A DNA stretch of 38,994 bases from the sequence record SRR2962707_543; one strand, given 5' to 3'. The translations under genes and the position numbers were made by a program. Shown here in pieces: positions 28,197 to 36,641 of the stretch (position 1 is the first letter of the stretch; every line of letters begins with the position of its first letter). A model generated the notes under the pieces. That model was given only the letters and a program-made list of their open reading frames with translations, did no database searches and had not been told where the DNA came from.

Positions 28197-30515
28197 TTAT
28201 TTAGCGGCTTTTCCCGCTGCCAATTGTGCCGCTTCAACAGCCGCAATCGCAGACATATTGACCACGCCGCGCGATGTCACAGAGGTTGTTAGAATATGCG
28301 CAGGGCGCGCAACACCCAGCAAGATTGGACCCACAAGCAGAGAATCCGTCATCGCTTTAACCGCATTGAGCGTGATGTTGCCGGCATCCAAATTTGGGAA
28401 AACCAAGAGGTTTGCCTCACCTTCAAGCACTGAATGCGCATAGTCACGGTCACGCAGCTCAGGCACGATCGCGCTGTCTGCATGCATTTCGCCATCAGCC
28501 ATAATGTCGGGTGCAATTTTATGCAGAATTTCAACGGCACGGCGCATTTTGGCCGCAGATGCGGTGTGCTTCGAGCCAAAATTAGAATGCGATACCAGCG
28601 CGGCTTTTGGTTCAACCCCAAAACGGCGAATTTCTTCGGCTGCCAAAATGGTCATTTCGGCCAGTTCTTCAGCGGTTGGATCAATCGAGATGTGGGTATC
28701 GGTGTAGAAGGTCATGCCGTGCTGCGAAATCAAAATTGAAAGTGCAGAAAGATCGCGGAGGCCTTCTTTCTTGCCAACGATTTCCTGCACTGAGCGCAGG
28801 TGACGTTCATAACGGCCCTCAATGCCGCAAATCATTGCATCCGCATCGCCGCGCATGAGCGCAAGTGCGGCGATCACAGTTGAGTTTGTGCGCACTAAAG
28901 TTTTTGCATAGCTTGGCGTTACGCCGTGACGGCCTGAAATCTGGATCAGCTCGTTTACGTAATCATGATATCGCGGGTCGCTGTTTGGATTGATGATGTC
29001 AAAGTCTTTTTCCGCGCGAATGCGCAGACCATAACGCTCAAGCCGTGCATCAATCACCTCAGGGCGGCCAACGAGAATAGGCACACCAATTTTATCTTCG
29101 ATGACAATCTGTGCAGCACGCAATACGCGTTCATCTTCGCCTTCAGCATAGATAATGCGCTGCATTGGCATCGATTGCGCAGCCGCGAAGATTGGCTTCA
29201 TGGCAAGGCCAGAACGGAACACAAAGCGGTTCAGCGCATCAATATAGGCTTCCCAATCTTGAATTGGTCGCTCTGCAACGCCTGACTCTTCTGCCGCTTT
29301 GGCAACGGCTGGCGCGATGCGTAAAATGAGGCGGTTATCGAACGGAGAGGGGATTAGATAATCTGGCCCGAAAACAGGTGTTTCGCCTGAATATGCTTTC
29401 GCGGCCACATCAGAGGCTTCTTCTCTGGCAAGCTGCGCAATAGCGCGTACAGCGGCCATTTTCATTTCTTCATTGATCGCTGTTGCGCCGACATCAAGCG
29501 CGCCGCGGAAAATATAAGGGAAACAAAGAACATTGTTGACCTGATTGGGAAAGTCAGAGCGACCCGTACAAATCATGGCGTCGGGGCGGGCTTCACGCGC
29601 TAAATCCGGCATAATTTCCGGTGTCGGATTTGCAAGCGCCATAATAAGCGGGCGCGCAGCCATAGATTTTAGATATTCAGGTTTTAATACGCCCGCCGCT
29701 GAAAGACCAAGGAACACGTCCGCGCCTTCGATTGCTTCCTGCAGAGTGCGTTTTTCGGTTTCGCGTTCAAAAATAGCCTTCCATTTGTCGATTGGAAATG
29801 GACGCCCTTTATAGACCACGCCATCAATGTCGGTGACCATGATGTTTTCATATTTGGCACCAAGGAGAACCAGAAGATTAAGGCAGGCAAGAGCGGCGGC
29901 ACCGGCGCCAGAAGTGACGATTTTCGCGTCTTCTATAGATTTTCCAGCAAGCTCCAAACCATTGAGGATAGCGGCGGCAACGATGATGGCCGTGCCATGC
30001 TGGTCATCATGGAAAACCGGAATTTTCATCAGTTTGCGCAGTTGTTCTTCAACTTCAAAACATTCAGGTGATTTGATGTCTTCGAGGTTGATACCGCCAA
30101 ATGTTGGCTCAAGCGCTCTTGTGACCTGAACCATCGATTCAACTGTTGCTGCTTCGATTTCAATATCAAAAACATCAATGCCCGCGAATTTTTTGAAGAG
30201 AACCGCTTTTCCCTCCATAACCGGCTTTGATGCCAATGGGCCGATATTGCCAAGGCCAAGAACAGCCGAGCCGTTCGAGACAACCCCAACAAGGTTTGCG
30301 CGGGCGGTATAATCGGCAGCTTTGCTTGGATCAGCCGCAATGGCAAGGCAGGGCGCTGCAACGCCTGGAGAATAAGCCAGCGCAAGGTCGCGCTGATTGC
30401 CCAGCGGCGTTGTCGGCTGGATTTCTAATTTTCCTGGCTTTGGATATTTATGGTAAAAAAGAGCACTCTCTTGAAAGTCTGTAAGTTGAGGCATCAATTT
30501 TTTTTCGTCGGACAT
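28197..30515 (-). CDS. dme: MaeB-type malic enzyme with C-terminal PTA-like domain (DME clade)
   Basis: [28 protein letters not shown], as I recall closer to rhizobial DME than [20 protein letters not shown] domain [16 protein letters not shown]. Confidence 0.9.
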   Translation of the reverse strand: MSDEKKLMPQLTDFQESALFYHKYPKPGKLEIQPTTPLGNQRDLALAYSPGVAAPCLAIAADPSKAADYTARANLVGVVSNGSAVLGLGNIGPLASKPVMEGKAVLFKKFAGIDVFDIEIEAATVESMVQVTRALEPTFGGINLEDIKSPECFEVEEQLRKLMKIPVFHDDQHGTAIIVAAAILNGLELAGKSIEDAKIVTSGAGAAALACLNLLVLLGAKYENIMVTDIDGVVYKGRPFPIDKWKAIFERETEKRTLQEAIEGADVFLGLSAAGVLKPEYLKSMAARPLIMALANPTPEIMPDLAREARPDAMICTGRSDFPNQVNNVLCFPYIFRGALDVGATAINEEMKMAAVRAIAQLAREEASDVAAKAYSGETPVFGPDYLIPSPFDNRLILRIAPAVAKAAEESGVAERPIQDWEAYIDALNRFVFRSGLAMKPIFAAAQSMPMQRIIYAEGEDERVLRAAQIVIEDKIGVPILVGRPEVIDARLERYGLRIRAEKDFDIINPNSDPRYHDYVNELIQISGRHGVTPSYAKTLVRTNSTVIAALALMRGDADAMICGIEGRYERHLRSVQEIVGKKEGLRDLSALSILISQHGMTFYTDTHISIDPTAEELAEMTILAAEEIRRFGVEPKAALVSHSNFGSKHTASAAKMRRAVEILHKIAPDIMADGEMHADSAIVPELRDRDYAHSVLEGEANLLVFPNLDAGNITLNAVKAMTDSLLVGPILLGVARPAHILTTSVTSRGVVNMSAIAAVEAAQLAAGKAAK

Positions 30516-30633
30516 GTGCACACCTTAGCGGAAATATGGCTGTTATTATTCTTAGTGACTTAGCGCACCACGGGTCAAAATTCGAGTGACGTTGTGGTGA
30601 AACATCTATTCTCAATTTGCAACGATCTGAAAA

Positions 30634-31410
30634 CTAGAATGCACTCAAATAGCTGCCGCCGTCTAATACTATATTCTGGCCGGTCATGTATCCGGCGTAG
30701 TCAGAACAAAGGAATGCAGCTGTCGCACCAAATTCCTCAATTGTACCGAAGCGTTTGGCAGGAATGAGCGCCATTTGATTTTTGGTTTCGCTCTCCAGTT
30801 CAACGCCTTTTTTATTAGCAGCAAAGACAATCGTATTGCGGATGCGGTCTGTATCAAATTTGCCCGGCAATATATTGTTTATCGTCACGTTTTTATCGGC
30901 GACAGAGCGCGCAATACCCGCCAAAAATGCAGTTAAACCTGCCCGCGCGCCTGATGATAAATCAAGGCCAAGAATTGGGTTATAAACCGATAGGGAGGTA
31001 ATGTTGACAATGCGGCCAAAGCCGCGCTCACCCATACCGTCGATCACGCGCTGCATGAGTTCAATCGGTGTGACCATATTTTGCGTCACGCCTTCCAGAA
31101 TGGCTTCGCGGTCAAGATCGCGGAAGTCTTTGAGCGGCGGGCCGCCATTATTATTGATTAAAATATCAGGATTAGGGCAGGCGGTGAGGAGGGCATCTTG
31201 TGTTTCTTTGTCTGATACATCGCCTAAAACAACGGTGACGTTAACGCCGAAACTACGCAGCTCTTCGGCTGTCTTGTTGGTTGTTTCTTCGTTTCTTCCA
31301 TTGATGACGAGGTCAACACCATCCTTGGCGAGCGCGATAGCGCAGCCTTTGCCGAGACCACGGCTTGATGCACAAATAATCGCCTTGCGTCCCTTAATCC
31401 CTAAATCCAT
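30634..31410 (-). CDS. Short-chain dehydrogenase/reductase (atypical BKR-like subgroup)
   Basis: ASSRGLG, NNGGPP, GRIVNITS, SxxxR in place of YxxxK, PG.FDTDR. Confidence 0.9.
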   Translation of the reverse strand: MDLGIKGRKAIICASSRGLGKGCAIALAKDGVDLVINGRNEETTNKTAEELRSFGVNVTVVLGDVSDKETQDALLTACPNPDILINNNGGPPLKDFRDLDREAILEGVTQNMVTPIELMQRVIDGMGERGFGRIVNITSLSVYNPILGLDLSSGARAGLTAFLAGIARSVADKNVTINNILPGKFDTDRIRNTIVFAANKKGVELESETKNQMALIPAKRFGTIEEFGATAAFLCSDYAGYMTGQNIVLDGGSYLSAF

Positions 31411-31428
31411 GTCGATCCTTCTGACTAA

Positions 31429-32418
31429 TTAGCCCCATAAAATTGGTTCTGGTGGTGATACCGTGCTGCCAAAATAGTGCAAGGCCGGATGCCTGTCATA
31501 TGCGAGTAAAAGCGGTCCGTCGAGATCAACAAAATCAGCGCCTTGCGCTAACAAGACAGCCGGCGCCATGGCAAGTGACGATCCAACCATGCATCCAACC
31601 ATGATACCAAAGCCCATTTTTATGGCTTTGTCGCGCATTTTCAACGCTTCCGTCAGGCCGCCGGTTTTATCAAGTTTTATGTTTATGAAATCATACTTGC
31701 CGATTAGGCTTTCCAGATCGTCAGACGTATGCACGCTTTCATCAGCGCAAATAGGCACCGGATGGGGGACTGTGCGGAGGAAATCATCCTGTGCTGCAGG
31801 CAAAGGTTGTTCGATGAGCGCGATATTTAGATGTGCTGCTTCGCGCATCAAATCGTGAAAGACTTCAGGCGTCCATGCCTCATTGGCATCAATGATGATC
31901 ATGCTTTTTGGTGCATTGGCGACAACGGCGTGCATGCAGGCTACATCTTGAGGACCGCCCAGTTTTACCTTTATCAAATTGCGTTTCGATGCTGCGCGCG
32001 CAGCGCTGGCCATATTCTCTGGTGTGTCAAGTGAGATTGTTAATGCCGTATCAATGGGGCGTGGCGGCGGGCAGGCAATGAGTGTTTCGATGCGTTTGCC
32101 GCTGCTTTTCGCCTTCCAATCCCAAAAGGCGCAATCAAGTGCATTGCGGCCAGCGCCTGCCGGAAGGCTGGCTATTTGATCTTCAAATTGTTCAAAATTA
32201 GCCGCTGCAGCAAGCGTTTCAATTTGCGCACAAACGCTATCTACCGTTTCATTATAATGGCGATAAGGAACACATTCGCCGCGCCCAAGACTGCCGTTCA
32301 CTTCAATGTGACAAACAACAACTTCAGCTTCGGATTTCGACCCGCGTGATATGCGAAACTCTCCACGGATTGGATATGTTTCTCTCATCGTTGTTATTTT
32401 CAGCGCTTGATCGCTCAT
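31429..32418 (-). CDS. dgcA: Enolase-superfamily dipeptide epimerase / N-acetyl-D-Glu racemase (DgcA/YcjG-like)
   Basis: F.ISRG, GECVPY, KVK, DANE, EQP, DES, NIKLDKTGG, GCM, DLDG. Confidence 0.8.
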   Translation of the reverse strand: MSDQALKITTMRETYPIRGEFRISRGSKSEAEVVVCHIEVNGSLGRGECVPYRHYNETVDSVCAQIETLAAAANFEQFEDQIASLPAGAGRNALDCAFWDWKAKSSGKRIETLIACPPPRPIDTALTISLDTPENMASAARAASKRNLIKVKLGGPQDVACMHAVVANAPKSMIIIDANEAWTPEVFHDLMREAAHLNIALIEQPLPAAQDDFLRTVPHPVPICADESVHTSDDLESLIGKYDFINIKLDKTGGLTEALKMRDKAIKMGFGIMVGCMVGSSLAMAPAVLLAQGADFVDLDGPLLLAYDRHPALHYFGSTVSPPEPILWG

Positions 32419-32521
32419 AATTGTCTCAAACTCAAAATAATTTGTATTATAGGCTGATTCTCAAGTGTTGTGGCTATCGTGTCGCAGACAAACCCTAGGT
32501 AAATCCTGTATCATAACCGCC

Positions 32522-33718
32522 ATGACACGCAATCGAAGCAATAAGGTTTTAAAAGGGTCAGCTATTTCATCACTGCCTGATGAAGAAATACGCATGCCTA
32601 AATTTAGCGTCGATGTTGATGGCGATACAAGTGTTATCAAGCTTGATGGTGTGTGGACCACGCGTACGATTGGTACCATAGACAAAGAACTGCGACGAAT
32701 TGATGTTTCGAGCGCGACCGCTCAAATCGATTGCTCAGCTATCACGATGCTCGATACCGCTGGTGCATGGATGATTGTGCGCCTGCAGCGTAGTTTGCAA
32801 TCGCAAGACAAATCTGCGGAAGTGATTTCGCTCAGCGATAAATATCAAATTCTTTTTGATGCTGTTTTGGATGTTTCTGCCGAGGATGAACCGGTTGAGG
32901 CGCGAAAAAAAGAAAATATTGTGGTGCGTGTGCTCAATTTCATTGGTCATGGCCCAGTTGCTTTTTGGGATGATTTTCTGCGCGCTATGCATATTTTGGG
33001 CGCTGCCGTGCGCGGCTCGCAGCTCAAAACAGGCCATCATAATCGTTTTTCATTGGCGCCGATTGCTAGCCAAATCGATAGTATGGGTATCGGCGCGATC
33101 CCCGTTGTTGTGTTGATGTCGGTTATTATGGGCGCCATTATCGCTCAGCAGGGTGCTTTCCAATTGCGCTATTTTGGCGCTGAGATTTTTGTTGTTGATC
33201 TGGTTGGTATTTTGGTCTTGCGCGAAATCGGTGTGATTTTCGCAGCTGTTATGATCGCCGGGCGGTCGGGCAGCGCGATTACCGCCGAAATTGGCTCGAT
33301 GAAAATGCGCGAAGAAGTCGATGCGCTTAATGTTATTGGCCTTAGCCCTGTGGGTGTTTTGATCTTCCCGCGTCTGGTTGCGTTGGTTATTTCCTTGCCA
33401 TTGTTGACGTTTATCGCGGATATCGCGGCGCTTGGCGGTGCGATGTTTGTTGCCGATGTGTATTCCAATATTCCGCCCGAAACCTTTATTGCCAGGGTGC
33501 GCGAAGCCGTTGATTTGACAAGTTTTTTTGCCGGTATGATTAAGGCACCTTTCATGGCGATAATTATTGGCATCATCGCGGCGGTTGAGGGCCTTAAAGT
33601 CGGTGGCAGCGCTGAATCGCTTGGCCGGCGGGTGACATCATCGGTTGTGAAGTCCATTTTTGTCGTGATCGTCGTTGATGGTCTTTTCGCGATGTTTTAT
33701 GCGGCGGTGGATTTCTGA
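32522..33718 (+). CDS. MlaE-family permease with N-terminal STAS domain
   Basis: STAS motif IDCSAITMLDTAGAW; REIG...AGRSGSAITAEIGSMKMREEVDAL; PRL. Start uncertain (32465, 32522 or 32594). Confidence 0.92.
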   Translation: MTRNRSNKVLKGSAISSLPDEEIRMPKFSVDVDGDTSVIKLDGVWTTRTIGTIDKELRRIDVSSATAQIDCSAITMLDTAGAWMIVRLQRSLQSQDKSAEVISLSDKYQILFDAVLDVSAEDEPVEARKKENIVVRVLNFIGHGPVAFWDDFLRAMHILGAAVRGSQLKTGHHNRFSLAPIASQIDSMGIGAIPVVVLMSVIMGAIIAQQGAFQLRYFGAEIFVVDLVGILVLREIGVIFAAVMIAGRSGSAITAEIGSMKMREEVDALNVIGLSPVGVLIFPRLVALVISLPLLTFIADIAALGGAMFVADVYSNIPPETFIARVREAVDLTSFFAGMIKAPFMAIIIGIIAAVEGLKVGGSAESLGRRVTSSVVKSIFVVIVVDGLFAMFYAAVDF

Positions 33719-34524
33719 TGAGCGATACATCTAATGTTGTTTTGTCTGTGCGCGACGTCCATGTGCAATTTGGCGAAAGCGTCATTTTGCATGATTTAGA
33801 CCTCGATGTTTATGCGGGTGAAATTCTTGGTTTTGTTGGTGCGTCGGGTACCGGAAAATCTGTGCTTATGCGCGCTATTCTGGGCCTTAATAAACGCCAA
33901 AACGGCACCATAAAAATGTTTGGCCAAGACATTGATACGGCAGATGAAGACACAAGAATTGGCATTGATATGCGTATCGGTGTGTTGTTTCAGCAGGGCG
34001 CGTTGTTTTCTGCGCTGAGCGTTGTTGAAAATATTGAAGTGCCAATGCGTGAGTATCTTCGGATGCCAAAGGCGCTGATGCGTGAGCTTGCCTTATTAAA
34101 GATGGAATTGGTGGGTCTAAAACGCAGCGATGCCGATAAGCAGCCGTCAGAGCTATCAGGCGGTATGATTAAACGTGCGGCCCTTGCGCGCGCGCTTGCG
34201 CTCGATCCTGACCTTGTCTTTTTAGACGAACCAACATCAGGACTTGATCCGATTGGTGCTGCTGAATTTGACCAGTTAATCGCGAAATTACGCGATACAA
34301 TGGGCTTGACCGTTTACATGGTGACCCATGACCTCGACAGCCTATTTTCCGTTACTGACCGAATTGCTGTATTAGGTAATAAAAAGGTACTCGCGGTGGG
34401 CGATTTAGATTATATGTTCAAACAGGATGATCCTTGGATTAATTCCTATTTTAAAGGTGATAGGGCGCGAAATTTGCCAAAATCAAACGGATTACATTCG
34501 GGCGAAGCGGCTAGGAGCGTTTAG
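33718..34524 (+). CDS. MlaF-like ABC ATPase
   Basis: GASGTGKS, LFQQGALFS, LSGGMIKR, LDEPTSGLDP, VTHD. Confidence 0.94.
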   Translation: MSDTSNVVLSVRDVHVQFGESVILHDLDLDVYAGEILGFVGASGTGKSVLMRAILGLNKRQNGTIKMFGQDIDTADEDTRIGIDMRIGVLFQQGALFSALSVVENIEVPMREYLRMPKALMRELALLKMELVGLKRSDADKQPSELSGGMIKRAALARALALDPDLVFLDEPTSGLDPIGAAEFDQLIAKLRDTMGLTVYMVTHDLDSLFSVTDRIAVLGNKKVLAVGDLDYMFKQDDPWINSYFKGDRARNLPKSNGLHSGEAARSV

Positions 34525-34526
34525 TT

Positions 34527-35900
34527 ATGGAAACCAAAGCAAATTATACAATTGTTGGTATGTTCACAGTGCTCGTCTTCGCGGCGGCCTTTGGCTTTGT
34601 CTATTGGATCGCGCGTACAGGCAATGTGTCTGACGCAGCAGATTTGGACATCGTCATTGAAGGTTCGGTGACTGGGCTTGGTATCGGTAGCCCTGTGCTT
34701 TTTAATGGTATCGCTGTTGGTAAGGTGACCGAGCTACGCTTTGATCCGCAAAATCCTAAAATTGTTATTGCCCATGCCCGTGTGCGGGGCGATTTGCCAA
34801 TCACCGCGTCAACAACGGCGGTTTTGAGTTTGACTGGCCTAACCGGCGTGACAAATGTTGAATTTGCGGGCGGTGATGTCAATCAACCAACTGTTTTTGA
34901 CATAGCTAGAATAGAAGGGCGTGTTGCAACTGTAACGGCGGATCCATCCGCACTTAACAATCTACTTGTCACGGCTCAGGATATTTTTGCGCGCTCAAAC
35001 AGTGTTCTGATGGACATTGAGGGGTTTGTTGCAGAGGTGCGCGCGCCGCTTACGCAAACATTCAAAAATACTACCAAGATAACTGACGCTTTGGCCGCTA
35101 ATTCTGAGAAAATTGATGTGTTTATGGCCAGTATTGGCGATTTAGGCTCAGCTTTGTCGAAAACGTCTGAAGGATTAAACAAGGTTCTTGCGAGTACCGA
35201 TAAGCTGATTGCGTCTGTTAGCCCGGAAGATGTGAAAGCGATTGTGACCAATGTGCGCTCATCATCTGACAACATAAAATCATTGTCCGATGATTTGAAA
35301 AAAGTTGGACCTGCGATTGATCAAATGGCCTCTGTTCTCAATGAAGCAGGACCGCGCATTACAAAAAGCTTTGATAAAGTTGATACATTGCTGAGCGCTG
35401 TCGACGGCGCTGATGTAAGCAAAGCCGTCAAAGGTTTTGCGGATGCGGGCGAAGCGGTGAGTGCGGCAGCCAAAGATGTGGAAGTGATCACCAAAACATT
35501 TGCTGAGAAAAAAGCCGATGTTGATGTGATTATTGCCAATGCCCGTCAAATGACCGAGCGTCTTAATGCGGCTTCTGTGCGTGTTGATGGTGTGCTGGCA
35601 AAGGTTGATGGCTTCTTGGGTGATAGCTCTGCAGACAGCATTATGGATGATGTTAAAGCAACATTGGCGGCCTATCGCAAAGTTGCAGATACGCTGAATG
35701 GACGCTTGGACAACATTACGGCAGGTTTGGATAAGTTTTCTAATCGTGGTCTAGATGATGTGCAGGCATTGATTAACGAGACACGTCGATCAGTTCAGCG
35801 AATCGAAGGCGCGATTACAAATATCGAATCAAACCCTCAGCAACTGCTGTTTGGCGGTGAGGGTGATGTGAAACGCTTTGATGGTAGGCAACGGCGTTAA
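34527..35900 (+). CDS. MCE/MlaD-family protein with long helical extension
   Basis: METKANY plus TM anchor; GL..GSPV.FNGI.VGKV MCE motif; about 300 aa amphipathic helical tail ending NPQQLLFG. Confidence 0.92.
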   Translation: METKANYTIVGMFTVLVFAAAFGFVYWIARTGNVSDAADLDIVIEGSVTGLGIGSPVLFNGIAVGKVTELRFDPQNPKIVIAHARVRGDLPITASTTAVLSLTGLTGVTNVEFAGGDVNQPTVFDIARIEGRVATVTADPSALNNLLVTAQDIFARSNSVLMDIEGFVAEVRAPLTQTFKNTTKITDALAANSEKIDVFMASIGDLGSALSKTSEGLNKVLASTDKLIASVSPEDVKAIVTNVRSSSDNIKSLSDDLKKVGPAIDQMASVLNEAGPRITKSFDKVDTLLSAVDGADVSKAVKGFADAGEAVSAAAKDVEVITKTFAEKKADVDVIIANARQMTERLNAASVRVDGVLAKVDGFLGDSSADSIMDDVKATLAAYRKVADTLNGRLDNITAGLDKFSNRGLDDVQALINETRRSVQRIEGAITNIESNPQQLLFGGEGDVKRFDGRQRR

Positions 35901-35941
35901 TCGTGTTAAAAGATAAATATAAGATATTGGTGGCGCCAAGA

Positions 35942-36556
35942 ATGGATATGAAGACAGAAATTCTTAAATTTTGGCGAACAGGTGTTTGTCTTGCCGCAAT
36001 CGGTCTCGTAAGCGGCTGTGCGGCTGTGGGCGGCGCGAAGGCGACTTCTGATACCTATCAGCTTGCAACAGCGCAAGTCACGGGCGCGCAGTCTGTGCGA
36101 AAAGGCGCGCAGATTTTGATCGCGGAGCCTGCGGCGCTAAAAGTGCTTGATTCACAGAATATCGTTATTGAGACAGCGCCATTGACCGTTCAATATTTGA
36201 GCGATGCGCAATGGGCAGATCGCTTGCCACGTGTTGTGCAGCAAAAGCTTGCTTCATCGTTTGAAAACTCAGGTAAGTTTTCAGGTGTTGGACTGCCAGG
36301 TCAGGGACTAGCGATTGACTATCAGTTGATAACGCAAATCCAAGAATTCTCCATCCGTTCATCAGGCAATCAGGCAGAAGTGACAATCTCAGTGAAATTG
36401 CTGAATGATAAGAGCGGCAATGTGATTGGCTCGAAAATGTTCACGGCCAAAATGCCAGCCGGTTCAGGCGCATCTAAAGCCTATGTTCGTGCGCTCAACA
36501 GTGCTTTCTCACAAGTCAGCAATGAGATTGTTGTCTGGGTTACATCAAAAATTTAA
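35942..36556 (+). CDS. PqiC-like ABC transport auxiliary lipoprotein
   Basis: Lipobox LVSGC; QWADRLPRVVQ; last gene of the MCE operon. Start uncertain (35903, 35942 or 35948). Confidence 0.87.
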   Translation: MDMKTEILKFWRTGVCLAAIGLVSGCAAVGGAKATSDTYQLATAQVTGAQSVRKGAQILIAEPAALKVLDSQNIVIETAPLTVQYLSDAQWADRLPRVVQQKLASSFENSGKFSGVGLPGQGLAIDYQLITQIQEFSIRSSGNQAEVTISVKLLNDKSGNVIGSKMFTAKMPAGSGASKAYVRALNSAFSQVSNEIVVWVTSKI

Positions 36557-36584
36557 ACCCATTTAACGGCTTATATTTCGTTAC

Positions 36585-36620
36585 AAAAAAGGCCGGAAGC
36601 GTTGAGCTTCCGGCCTTTTT
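36585..36620. terminator. Bidirectional intrinsic terminator
   Basis: AAAAAGGCCGGAAGC-GTTGA-GCTTCCGGCCTTTTT between convergent genes. Confidence 0.9.
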
Positions 36621-36641
36621 ATTTTGAGCTGATACTCACAT

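Noticed and set aside
30565..30599. Imperfect hairpin upstream of dme (CACCAC...GTGGTG) as a possible riboswitch or sRNA
   Set aside because: Weak pairing on the coding strand and no recognisable RNA family motif.
36552..36567. CtrA-like TTTA-N7-TTAAC
   Set aside because: Imperfect, and lies between convergent 3' ends where no promoter is expected.
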